A stretch of DNA of 64,000 nucleotides, from IMG/VR virus record IMGVR_UViG_3300022177_000070, positions 1,007-65,006 of that record. One strand, 5' to 3'. This document shows positions 16,106 through 24,373 of the stretch, one piece after another. The notes below the pieces were generated by a model that was not told the DNA's origin, did not search any database, and saw only the letters and a program-made list of their open reading frames with translations. Made by a program: the position numbers and the translations under genes. The DNA comes from a virus. Within the stretch, counting starts at the first letter, position 1, and the number at the start of each line of letters is the position of its first letter.

Positions 16106-16428
16106 TGGTTAAGCCTTATATGGTCATTTAGTGCTTGATCTTTCAGGGCGCATAGTTCATCTATGGTGCAGATTTGTGACAATACGTTGACATGAGCCTT
16201 GCCAGTGTCGGTGAAATAATAGGTATCTTCCCGGTAAAAATAGTTCGTTGCTTCCTTTGGCGTTGCTTCTCTGACAAGTTGCAGGTTTAAAAGGTCTTCA
16301 ATGTGTTCGCTGTCTGCATAAAAATAAAGGCTGTCCAGGGCAATTCCTTGGGCAAGGTCTTTTGCCTTGGCGTAAAGGTAATAACGGGCCGATGGGCTGA
16401 GGTCGTTATCCGTGGGGGTCATATTCAT
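16102..16428 (-). CDS. Winged-helix-like paralog 4
   Basis: LSPSARYYLY...LLNLQLV...FTDTGKAHVNVLSQICTIDEL. Confidence 0.7.
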   Translation of the reverse strand: MNMTPTDNDLSPSARYYLYAKAKDLAQGIALDSLYFYADSEHIEDLLNLQLVREATPKEATNYFYREDTYYFTDTGKAHVNVLSQICTIDELCALKDQALNDHIRLNQ

Positions 16429-16696
16429 AATCTCTATAAGCAAGTTCACGCGCTCGAATTAATAATTTTTGCAGGCCGTCTATCGTGTTAATAGCCTTAA
16501 AAACTTCAATTAAAGCTCTGCCGGTTTCGGTAGGGGTGTATGTTGCCGTTGTTGCTTCGCAATGCAGGGTAAATAACTTGCTGGTTTTCTCCGGGCCGGG
16601 AAACAAGCAATGCCGGGGCTGGGTCATCCCATAGACCTTTTCACCAAGGGCATACCTATACAGGGCGTAAAATTCACGGTTGGTCAGGTCTTGCAT
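16406..16696 (-). CDS. Winged-helix-like paralog 3
   Basis: MQDLTNREFYALY...PTETGRALIEVFKAINTIDGL (3' part of track ORF 16406..17041). Confidence 0.65.
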   Translation of the reverse strand: MQDLTNREFYALYRYALGEKVYGMTQPRHCLFPGPEKTSKLFTLHCEATTATYTPTETGRALIEVFKAINTIDGLQKLLIRARELAYRDYEYDPHG

Positions 16697-16940
16697 TTCA
16701 TTCTTTCCTGTATTTCTTGCTGGTTTAAATAATAAGCTCGGTCGGTCATGTCTTGAATTTCTTCCAGGGAATACATTTTTGACAATGCGTTGACGTAAGC
16801 TCTTCCTTGCTCGGAAAGTATCAAGGTGGTAATGTCGGGGCCATAGTCGGGAAAGCGCGCGCCTGGGGGCTGTCGTTTCCGGTCCATAGGGTATAAAAGC
16901 TTGTGTTGATGCGGTCTTTGGAAAGTCTGCCGTCTGACAT
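16684..16940 (-). pseudogene. Winged-helix-like paralog 2, apparently frameshifted
   Basis: ATG 16940 gives MSDGRLSKDRINTSFYTLW and stops after 39 aa. The conserved LSEQGRAYVNALSKMYSLEEI lies in another frame; the switch falls near a GCGCGCGC run (~16855-16862). Confidence 0.55.
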
Positions 16941-16943
16941 GGC

Positions 16944-17561
16944 TTAAGCTTCGTAAAAAGGTAAACATCTTTGGTGGGTTTCTTCTCCCATTGCTTTAAG
17001 CATATTCCGGTGATTTTGTTTGATACGTCCAAGGGGGTCAAGTTCTCTCAATTTGTCGCCATTTTTCTCATACAGTGCATATAAAGCCTTGGCTTTCTTA
17101 TAAATTTCAAGGCGTTCCGTGTAGAGTTTTTCAACTTCAGTTCTGATATTTTCTTTATAGGTTTCATCGGGATGGTTTTTGTCCACATACTTAATGCCGG
17201 ACAATTCTTTAATTTCGTAAACCGGGGCCTTTTGGGTGATAAAGCCTTTTTCGTATGTTATGGTTCCCGTGGGGTTAAGGGTGAAGCTATCCACAAAAAC
17301 CGTCAAGGTGCTGTGGCGGAAATAGTGGCTGTACTTTTCCCCATAATAGTTCCCGAAAAGCACCGTTCCCAGCAAGATATTTATATGTCGGTCAGGTGGG
17401 ATTAATTTGGCTCCCCTGCTCCCGATTTCCACAAAGTCTTTGCCAGTACCGCGCTCTTTAATTTCAAGATAATTTATCTGGTAAGTTTTCCCGCCGGGGC
17501 CTTCGAGTCTTAGGCGGGTTTTTCCCTGGTCCTGATAGCTGGCAAGATAAACCCTTTTCAT
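16944..17561 (-). CDS. Hypothetical protein (205 aa)
   Basis: GGAGG RBS; C-terminal LRELDPLGRIKQNHRNMLK shared with neighbours. Confidence 0.7.
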   Translation of the reverse strand: MKRVYLASYQDQGKTRLRLEGPGGKTYQINYLEIKERGTGKDFVEIGSRGAKLIPPDRHINILLGTVLFGNYYGEKYSHYFRHSTLTVFVDSFTLNPTGTITYEKGFITQKAPVYEIKELSGIKYVDKNHPDETYKENIRTEVEKLYTERLEIYKKAKALYALYEKNGDKLRELDPLGRIKQNHRNMLKAMGEETHQRCLPFYEA

Positions 17562-17680
17562 GGTTCTTTTCCTCCGGTGTTTTTGGTTAATGCCTTCAAT
17601 CGGCGGCAGGGCTGGCGGCTGGTCCTGTCCTGCCGTCTGTTCAAGGTATTAACTGCGGGCCGCGGGCCTGGGGGGCCAGG

Positions 17681-17749
17681 TTAAACACCGTCATTCTTTT
17701 GGTTAAGTCTGACAGTAACCCGGCGGCGGGCTTTGGTGATCTTGTCCAC
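17681..17749 (-). CDS. 22-aa micro-ORF MDKITKARRRVTVRLNQKNDGV
   Basis: AGGGGA RBS plus GTG start; its 5' part is duplicated at 15475-15513. Confidence 0.3.
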   Translation of the reverse strand: MDKITKARRRVTVRLNQKNDGV

Positions 17750-17758
17750 AGGGTTCCC

Positions 17759-18133
17759 CTATATCTTGTCTATAAAGATGGTGTAATGCTCGTTTTGTGA
17801 TAATCCCAAATCGTCCAGTACTCCCCCAGAACTCCTAATGCTCAATCGGAACATCTTGATTATAAGTTCTTTATCAGTGTCAGTATTTAATTGGACCAAT
17901 GCGTTAATATAAGCTTTCCCCGCTGCGGTTACCTTAAATGCTTTAATAGTGTTTTCTCTGTGGTTTTGTACACAGTCGTAGGCGTATTGTACAAGCCCTA
18001 AGCCGGTTAATGTCGGGATATCATCGGGGGCGTCGGCGCAAATGTGGCCGTCAAACTCTCTACCACTGGCGCAGGCATAGATGCCGCGGTAGAGGAAATA
18101 TAACTCATTGTCATTAAATTTGAGATTGATCAT
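17759..18133 (-). CDS. Winged-helix-like paralog 1
   Basis: FNDNELYFLY...LTGLGLV...VTAAGKAYINALVQLNT. Confidence 0.7.
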   Translation of the reverse strand: MINLKFNDNELYFLYRGIYACASGREFDGHICADAPDDIPTLTGLGLVQYAYDCVQNHRENTIKAFKVTAAGKAYINALVQLNTDTDKELIIKMFRLSIRSSGGVLDDLGLSQNEHYTIFIDKI

Positions 18134-18142
18134 GGGCTTTCC

Positions 18143-18808
18143 TTAGGGCACAAAGGCATGTTTAAGGGCGTCCAAGTATCTGTTGATGTGCCATGCTTCT
18201 TTGTCGCTGCCAAGTTCTATAAGGGCTCTCAGGTGGCCATCTATTATTGTGTTGTCGGGGCTGATTTCCTTCAGGGCGTAATAGGTGGTTCTGGTCTGCT
18301 CGTAAAGTGCCAAGAGTTCAGACCATAGGCGGGCGGCTTCAGCCTGCCGGTCTTCGTTTATCTCTTCTGTGGTGGCGGCGCGGTCGAAAAATATCAGGCC
18401 GGGATATTTCCTTGAATCGTACTTAGGGATAAGCCGGGTAATGTATCCGCGGGGCTCCCTCCAAACGTCTTCCTCCAGGTCTAAAAAGTCGGCAGATATA
18501 AAGACATGGGCCTTTTTTGTGTTGTACGGCGGCATGTTGTCGGTAAAGAGGTTGTAAAAGGGCTTGCCGTCATACCAGGGCCGGGGCCGGTGGGTCAAGC
18601 CGGGCAAAGTAAGAGAGTCGTTTCTTCCGTCAAAAGCTCCGTTTAGGTTGACAAGCTTGAGGGGGTTTCCCTGGTCTAGTTCGTTCTGCCAATAAATTGT
18701 TAGTTTCTTCACTCTATAGGGGCCGCGGTTTTTTGCTCCGGTTTTCAGTTCATACCAACAAAATGCTCCCCTGTCAGTCACATGGTTGAGCAAGCGTGCG
18801 GTGGCCAT
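18143..18808 (-). CDS. Hypothetical protein (221 aa)
   Basis: ORF track; C-terminal helical region weakly similar to that of 16944..17561. Confidence 0.7.
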   Translation of the reverse strand: MATARLLNHVTDRGAFCWYELKTGAKNRGPYRVKKLTIYWQNELDQGNPLKLVNLNGAFDGRNDSLTLPGLTHRPRPWYDGKPFYNLFTDNMPPYNTKKAHVFISADFLDLEEDVWREPRGYITRLIPKYDSRKYPGLIFFDRAATTEEINEDRQAEAARLWSELLALYEQTRTTYYALKEISPDNTIIDGHLRALIELGSDKEAWHINRYLDALKHAFVP

Positions 18809-18811
18809 GTC

Positions 18812-19036
18812 TTAAGCTCCCATGAAAAACAAACTTTCAAGTTTTGAGTTTGTTCTTTCTTTAAGGGCCTTGTTGTGAATTTCGCGGACGCGCCCGAGGG
18901 GGTCCAGGGCGTTAATTTCCCGCGAGAGTTCTGCATACCTTCCTGTGGCCTTCATGATGGCGGCGTAAAGCCTTAACCGGCGTTCGCTGTACTCGAGGTC
19001 AATTCCGGCGTCGGCTATCTCTTGGCAAATTGCCAA
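18812..19036 (-). CDS. Hypothetical protein or 5'-truncated gene
   Basis: The frame extends upstream through AAPDLLAIC to a stop without an ATG; contains INALDPLGRVREIHNKALK. Confidence 0.45.
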   Translation of the reverse strand: MAICQEIADAGIDLEYSERRLRLYAAIMKATGRYAELSREINALDPLGRVREIHNKALKERTNSKLESLFFMGA

Positions 19037-19151
19037 GAGGTCTGGCGCGGCGGGCCTGCCGGGCCTGATGTTTATCCATTATCCACAGGCCGATGATAAT
19101 TCCGGCGGCGAATATTGCCAGGGCTTCCGGGGTCATTAGGGCCGGGTTCAT
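18999..19151 (-). CDS. Small single-TM protein (50 aa)
   Basis: Hand-translated MNPALMTPEALAIFAAGIIIGLWIMDKHQARQARR... Confidence 0.4.
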   Translation of the reverse strand: MNPALMTPEALAIFAAGIIIGLWIMDKHQARQARRARPLGNLPRDSRRRN

Positions 19152-19156
19152 GGGCA

Positions 19157-19276
19157 TCACTTTTTCCCCCTTGTATTTTTGATTGCTGCCAGCAATAGGG
19201 CCTTTCTCTCTTCTTTTGACAAGCTCTTGTAAAAAGGGCTTAGTCTTAAGGCGCGGGCAACGTCCAGGGCTTTCAT
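19157..19276 (-). CDS. Small basic protein (39 aa)
   Basis: MKALDVARALRLSPFYKSLSKEERKALLLAAIKNTRGKK; GGAGA RBS. Confidence 0.45.
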   Translation of the reverse strand: MKALDVARALRLSPFYKSLSKEERKALLLAAIKNTRGKK

Positions 19277-19288
19277 GGTCTTTATCTC

Positions 19289-19450
19289 CTATGCGGCGCG
19301 GCGGGCCTTAATCCGGGCGCGGGTTGCGTTCAAGGTCTTCATTACCTGGGGCCGGGGGTCTTCCTGGGCCTGGGCTTTGATCTCTTCGAGGTCCAGGGCT
19401 TCGCGGTGGTTCCGGCGGGCCTGTCTGACTTTGATCTTATAGCCGGGCAT
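19289..19450 (-). CDS. Small basic protein (53 aa)
   Basis: MPGYKIKVRQARRNHREALDLEEIK...; AGGGA RBS. Confidence 0.45.
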   Translation of the reverse strand: MPGYKIKVRQARRNHREALDLEEIKAQAQEDPRPQVMKTLNATRARIKARRAA

Positions 19451-19507
19451 GGGTTCCCTTTCTTTCAGGGGTCCAGGGCTGGCCGTCCGTGGCCTGCCGG
19501 GGGTCCC

Positions 19508-20818
19508 TTAATCCATCGTGATTACTTCGCCAAAGGGCGGTTGAAAACCGTTCTTCCCTTGCTGGGTGAGTATCCATAAAACCGGATAGGCGGGCGGTTC
19601 GGGAAAGCGGTTGCAGTATCCGTCTGTGAGATATACCGCGGCCACAGGGTCAAGCTCTTCCTGGTCGATATACTCAAAGCCGGGCCGGAAGTCCGTTCCT
19701 CCTCCCCCGCGGGCGTTAAGCTTCAGGGGCAGGTCTTCGCTTTCAAAGCGTTCCACCGCGGCAAGCTGGGCGTCCACGTAAATCACGGTGGCGGCGGTGC
19801 GGTAGGCTTCCAGTATGCCGGTGATCTCTCCGGCGAATACGTTTAATTCATCCTGGCCGATACTGCCGGACGTGTCCACGATAACGGCTATTTCGGGGAG
19901 TTCGTTGCTCCGCAAGCCGGGCAGGAAAAAGCCGGTGTGCATGTAGCGGGAATTGGGCCGGGTCCAGGCGTAATCATTCCGGGCGGTTTGTTCGATGAAT
20001 TGCCGTAAGATATCGGTCCAGGGCAGGGCCGGAGATATCACCGCGTCGATAAGCCGGGCCAGGTCGGCGGGTAAATTGCCTTGGGCCTTGGCGGTGGCCG
20101 CGGCCTGCACTATCCTGACCATCTGGTCTTGCTGGGCCTGTTGGCGTTCCTGGGGGTCGGCGGCGGGGTAGTCTCTGACTTCTCCCACGTTCCCCTTGAA
20201 ATTCGCGGGGGGCGGGGCCTGGGGGCTGGGGGCCTGTCCCTGTCCCTGTCCGTTGCCGGGTTGGTCCTGGGGCTGGCCGTCGGGCTGGCCGTCTTGCGGT
20301 TGTTCGGGGTCATTGCCGGGGGTGCCGGGGCTGTTGCCGGGCTGGGGCTGTTCCTGGGGTTGCTCTTGGGGCTGTTCCTGGGGGGCCGGGGATTGCTCCG
20401 GGGGCTTGCGGTAAATCTTCTTATAAACATCTTCCGCGGAGTCGTCCAGGTATTGAGTATCGTACAGCGCGCCGTCGTCCAGGGAAAAGCCGTCATTTTT
20501 GAGTATGCCGTTAATGGTATAATCGGCGGCTATATTCCAGGTTTCATGATCGCGGGGGCCGCGGCGAAAGTTGTGCATGTTGGCGATATGCAATACTTCA
20601 TGGGCCACCGCGCCCTTAAGCTGGTCAATGGGCAAGCCGTTCACGTAGTCGGGATTAAAACCAAGGGTCAAGCCGTCGGTCCATAGGGTCTGACAAGTCG
20701 GGTCTGCTTCAAGCTTCAGGTTTAAGGCGATACTGGCGAAAAAGGGCTTGTTGATTACCAGACCGGCGCGGGCCTTTTTCATCTTGTCAATAGCTTGTTG
20801 ATAGTCGGCGGGTTGCAT
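19508..20818 (-). CDS. Metallopeptidase-like plus vWA domain protein (DUF2201-like)
   Basis: VAHEVLHIANMH (HExxH), Pro/Gln/Gly linker, VIVDTSGSI MIDAS, GGGGTDF, YLTDGY. Confidence 0.88.
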   Translation of the reverse strand: MQPADYQQAIDKMKKARAGLVINKPFFASIALNLKLEADPTCQTLWTDGLTLGFNPDYVNGLPIDQLKGAVAHEVLHIANMHNFRRGPRDHETWNIAADYTINGILKNDGFSLDDGALYDTQYLDDSAEDVYKKIYRKPPEQSPAPQEQPQEQPQEQPQPGNSPGTPGNDPEQPQDGQPDGQPQDQPGNGQGQGQAPSPQAPPPANFKGNVGEVRDYPAADPQERQQAQQDQMVRIVQAAATAKAQGNLPADLARLIDAVISPALPWTDILRQFIEQTARNDYAWTRPNSRYMHTGFFLPGLRSNELPEIAVIVDTSGSIGQDELNVFAGEITGILEAYRTAATVIYVDAQLAAVERFESEDLPLKLNARGGGGTDFRPGFEYIDQEELDPVAAVYLTDGYCNRFPEPPAYPVLWILTQQGKNGFQPPFGEVITMD

Positions 20819-20830
20819 TGGGCCTGCTCC

Positions 20831-21817
20831 TTAAGCCATGTATCCGGCCATTTTATTCAAGAGGTTGTCCATATCCACCGCGGGCGGGGGAGTCGGGGCC
20901 GGGGGTTCCGGGGCCACCGCGGGGGCCTGGGGGGCCTGCTCGGGGGCGGGCTGGGCCTGGGGGCCGTCCATGAGGGCCGCAATCTTCCCGGCCAGGGTCG
21001 CGGCGTCGGCGGCTGTCTGTTGCCGGATTAAAGGGGCCTTTCTCAGGCTGTTTATGTCGATGCCGTCTAAAATCTTCTGCTCGATCTCCCGGCGCATGGT
21101 ATCAAGGGCGGGGTCGTTGGTCATGTTCAGGCGGGGCAGTAAATTAATGAGGTCTTGCAAGTTGGTTATCACGGTTTCCCTTATCACCGCGTCGGGGTCG
21201 GAAAGCTTCTCCGCCATATGGGAAACAGTGTCAAAAAGACGTTGCCACAAGTCCCGCATGGCGTACGCGGTGGCCTGTCTCAAGCTGGTGTCAAGCTCTT
21301 CCCTGATTCGCTTTATCTCCCCGTCTCCCAGGTCAACCCGGAAATCAGGGGCGGCGGGTAGGGGGCTGACGAAAATGGAAAAACTGTACTTCTTCGCCAG
21401 TTTTTCCGGGGCCGGGTAGTCGTCGGGCTTGAAAAGGTTATTCAGGCGGTTTGCGTGCTCTTGAATTCTCTGCGGATATACCGCGAATAGATCAATAACC
21501 GCGTCTTGGAATTCCCGTTTAAGGCGGTCCATTTCCCGGGTGTATTCAAAATAGTTTTCCGCGGGGAGGATATCCGCGCCTTTGTGGGTCCAGGGGAGGG
21601 TATTGGCGTAGTGAAAAGACCGGGCGGAGTTGTTGGCCTTTTTAATCCGGTCCAGTTCGGGACATTGCAGCAATACCTTGTTATACCTGCCCGCGTCGCG
21701 GTCGGTGCCGTAGGTGGCCGCGACGTTCTCCGTCGCTTCCTTATCTTCCCGGCGGGCGTTCCAGGTCGATATATTCAGGCTCACGAGCATAGCCTTTTCC
21801 GACAAGTTCTTTTCCAT
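20831..21817 (-). CDS. Conserved phage protein (DUF3150-like) between AAA and vWA genes
   Basis: AMLVSLNISTW, AGRYNKVLL, HYANTLPW, FKPDDYP; neighbourhood typical as recalled. Confidence 0.6.
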   Translation of the reverse strand: MEKNLSEKAMLVSLNISTWNARREDKEATENVAATYGTDRDAGRYNKVLLQCPELDRIKKANNSARSFHYANTLPWTHKGADILPAENYFEYTREMDRLKREFQDAVIDLFAVYPQRIQEHANRLNNLFKPDDYPAPEKLAKKYSFSIFVSPLPAAPDFRVDLGDGEIKRIREELDTSLRQATAYAMRDLWQRLFDTVSHMAEKLSDPDAVIRETVITNLQDLINLLPRLNMTNDPALDTMRREIEQKILDGIDINSLRKAPLIRQQTAADAATLAGKIAALMDGPQAQPAPEQAPQAPAVAPEPPAPTPPPAVDMDNLLNKMAGYMA

Positions 21818-21841
21818 TGTCCCGGTTCCTTTTCCTGGGGG

Positions 21842-22849
21842 TTAGCCTAAGAAAATGTTTTGGTTCTTCGTGGTCCAGTTGATAAACTCCCGCGTTCTCT
21901 GACAGTCGGGGGAGGTCTTCGCGGAAAGCACGGTGAGCAATACGTTAAATTCCATCTCAAGGCGTTCAGCGTACTGGAGAATACTGCTAAAGGTCTGCGG
22001 GTTTGCTTTGCGGGAAAGCGCTCCGGCCAGGGCGTAAAGGGTCTGTGGGTCGGTCGGTACGTCGGCGGTCTTGGGGTTCAGCAAGACCGCGTCGGGGTCG
22101 GGCAGGTTGCGGTAAATCTTCAAAAAGCCGGTAAACTCTGCCGCGAAAGCTTTCCCGGCCGCGCCTTTGTAAATCTCGTACTCGAGGGCTGTGGGTAAGC
22201 CGAGGTTGTAAAGCCGTCCAGCGTGGGTCAGGGTGCGGGGGCAAGGGCCGTTGACTATCTCCGCGGTAGGTTCCCACGCGGTCAAAAAGTGGGGCCGGAA
22301 GCGAATAAAGGCTATAAGCTCGGTGGGCATACCATTTTTCAGGCTCCACGCGGTCCAGTCGTCCAGGTCGGGGGCAAGTTCGATGATACAGGCAAAGCGG
22401 GATTTAACAGGCTCCAGTATCCCGCTAACGTTGGCGCGGTCCTTTTTGCGGTTGGTAGCGGCGATAAAGGTCACATGATCGCTTACTTTATGACCGTTCA
22501 CGCGCCGGGCTAAAATCAGTTGCATTACTGCCGATTGCACCGCGGGCGGGGCCTGGCCTAAATCGTCCAGAAAAGCCACAGTAAGTTTGTCGGCGTGAAT
22601 CAGGGTGGTCAGTTCCCCAAAGGGCAAAAACGTTGCCGCATGGGGATTGTCGGGGTCCAGGGCGGGAAGTCCTTTATAGTCGGTCGGGTCGGATACTGCC
22701 GGATGAAAAATGATAAGGTTTGCGTCCGCGTCGGCGGCGGCTTGGGCCACAATGTCAGATTTCCCGATTCCGGGTTGTCCGGTAATCAGAACGTTCTGTT
22801 TCCCTGGTATCAGGTGCGCCAGGGCCGTTTTTAAATCACTTGGTTTCAT
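21842..22849 (-). CDS. MoxR/CbbQ-like AAA+ ATPase
   Basis: Walker A GQPGIGKS, Walker B FLDDLGQA, AATNR, KSRF, PCPRT. Confidence 0.9.
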   Translation of the reverse strand: MKPSDLKTALAHLIPGKQNVLITGQPGIGKSDIVAQAAADADANLIIFHPAVSDPTDYKGLPALDPDNPHAATFLPFGELTTLIHADKLTVAFLDDLGQAPPAVQSAVMQLILARRVNGHKVSDHVTFIAATNRKKDRANVSGILEPVKSRFACIIELAPDLDDWTAWSLKNGMPTELIAFIRFRPHFLTAWEPTAEIVNGPCPRTLTHAGRLYNLGLPTALEYEIYKGAAGKAFAAEFTGFLKIYRNLPDPDAVLLNPKTADVPTDPQTLYALAGALSRKANPQTFSSILQYAERLEMEFNVLLTVLSAKTSPDCQRTREFINWTTKNQNIFLG

Positions 22850-23022
22850 CCTTTTCCCTTTCTCTATGTGGTTTTTGGTTTCGCCGTGTGGCCTGCAAAT
22901 TCGGTATTACAATATGCTTATCGGTTAATGTAGTCGAATCTTGAATTTTTTGCCATAAAAAAATTGACTATCTTCATATTTTTTATTTTCATAATAGTAT
23001 CAAGCTTTTATGGGGTGCTATT

Positions 23023-23532
23023 ATGGATAAGGTCTTTTTCCTGGGGGTTGATAGCGGGGCTAATGGGGCCGCGGCGGTCATAGGGCCGGGCGGTGACTAT
23101 GTGGCCGCGTTCAGGTGGGCGGGCAAGGGCGGCGGTCCAGGTCCCGCGCTCGAATTTCTCCGGCGGTATGCTCCAGAGGTGCAGGCCTGCTATATCGAGC
23201 AAGTCCAGATATTCAGACAATTACCTGTCAATACTATTTTGGCTATGCAAACCTTGCTAATAAACTGCGGGATATGGCAGGGCCTATGCACCGCGGCGGG
23301 GATAGATTACGGGTTAATCAAGCCGGTAAGCTGGCAGGCTAAGACGGGCGCGCCTAAGAAAACTGACAGGTGGCGGGTTGCTGCCGGGGTCTGGCCGTCG
23401 GCAGGTATCAAGGGTCCTGCTCATGATGGGATAGCGGACGCGTTGTATATCGCCAGTGCGGCGCGGGCTGATGCCATACAAGGGGGCCTATTCGGGGCCG
23501 GGTCTCCTGGGGGCCTGAAAAGGGGCCTCTGA
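23023..23532 (+). CDS. RuvC-like Holliday junction resolvase
   Basis: FLGVDSG, CYIEQ, IKPVSWQ, GIADALYIA acidic catalytic pattern. Confidence 0.82.
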   Translation: MDKVFFLGVDSGANGAAAVIGPGGDYVAAFRWAGKGGGPGPALEFLRRYAPEVQACYIEQVQIFRQLPVNTILAMQTLLINCGIWQGLCTAAGIDYGLIKPVSWQAKTGAPKKTDRWRVAAGVWPSAGIKGPAHDGIADALYIASAARADAIQGGLFGAGSPGGLKRGL

Positions 23533-23609
23533 TCTCCCGCGAGGGTTAAGGTATAGGGTGGGGGGAGTTCTCTTTAAAATCGGTTATTCAGTGGGCTTTA
23601 ATTTGGGAA

Positions 23610-23738
23610 TTATATAGTTAACTCCTTGCCCCCGATGTAGGTTTCATCGACTTCGATGATTCCCTTAAGCTTTCTAAAATCGTCGCCACCGGCTTCCCGA
23701 TCGAAAAGCTGAAAAGTGCTGATAGTTATCTTGTCCAT
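23610..23738 (-). pseudogene. IS1595 transposase relic (42 aa, internally deleted)
   Basis: MDKITISTFQLF (N-terminus) joined to KLKGIIEVDETYIGGK (first DDE Asp), which runs into the TIR. Confidence 0.8.
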
Positions 23739-23902
23739 TGTTCTAAGCAATCAAGAAATTTAGGCACCCACGAGGGAACTGGTCTTCTCCCCATTTCCCA
23801 TGAATCCACGGCCCATTTAGTGACCCCTAAGACCTCCGCCAAGGCCCGGCGGGACCGAAAACCCAGGCGGAGACGAGCCGCTTTGAGTTCAGACGGTTTC
23901 AA
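23726..23902 (-). CDS. XRE-family HTH protein (58 aa, TTG start)
   Basis: Hand-translated MKPSELKAARLRLGFRSRRALAEVLGVTKWAVDSWEMGRRPVPSW; absent from the track. Confidence 0.7.
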   Translation of the reverse strand: MKPSELKAARLRLGFRSRRALAEVLGVTKWAVDSWEMGRRPVPSWVPKFLDCLEQWTR

Positions 23903-24155
23903 TTTTATCTCCTACAACTACCCGATTAAGGCGGCAAAGGTCCTTAATCCGCCAGCCGGTTTCGGAGCCCTGGCAAAGGATCAACTTCCCTTCGGTTTCG
24001 TAGTCTGCGGCGCTGGTGGTGCGCCATTCGGCCAAGGTATAAAGTACCCAGCCATTCTCGCTAGCAGAGGCGACAACCTGCTTGCCGTTCGGGAGCCGGT
24101 AAAGCCAACCGTCCTTAATTTCACTGGGGTTCCTTTCAATGATTTGCGTTTTCAT
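23889..24155 (-). CDS. Hypothetical passenger protein (88 aa)
   Basis: GGAGG RBS and its own promoter. Confidence 0.65.
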   Translation of the reverse strand: MKTQIIERNPSEIKDGWLYRLPNGKQVVASASENGWVLYTLAEWRTTSAADYETEGKLILCQGSETGWRIKDLCRLNRVVVGDKIETV

Positions 24156-24185
24156 TGTCGTTCCTCCTGTCGTTTTGATGATTAT

Positions 24186-24214
24186 AATATAATACAGCGT
24201 ACAACCTTTGTCAA
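24186..24214 (-). promoter_or_regulatory. Sigma70 promoter inside the mini-IS
   Basis: TTGACA-N17-TATATT on the minus strand. Confidence 0.6.
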
Positions 24215-24373
24215 GAAAAAAAATGTAGAAAATGCGAAAAAAAATTGAGTTAGGGAGTCAAGTATATAATTCCCTTTAATTTTCATTCCTGCCGGGTCTG
24301 GGGGTTGCCAGGGTTGACAAGGGGCAAGTTCTCGGGGTCCAGGGTCAAGAGGATACTCTAAGAGGGGGTCATC

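Larger units (their letters stand above)
23605..24274. mobile_element. Non-autonomous IS1595-family derivative (670 bp) with passenger genes
   Basis: 21-bp TIRs GGGAATTATATAGTTAACTCC / GGGAATTATATACTTGACTCC (19/21 match); 8-bp direct repeat TTTAATTT at 23597-23604 and 24275-24282; transposase relic inside. Confidence 0.88.

Noticed and set aside
17675-17690. Integron attC-like site after the 22-aa micro-ORF (GTTTAAC...GTTAATA) with the recombinase as IntI
   Set aside because: Only about 40 bp long, the R' box mismatches, it is not repeated after other genes, and the recombinase lacks the IntI insertion and N-terminal domain.
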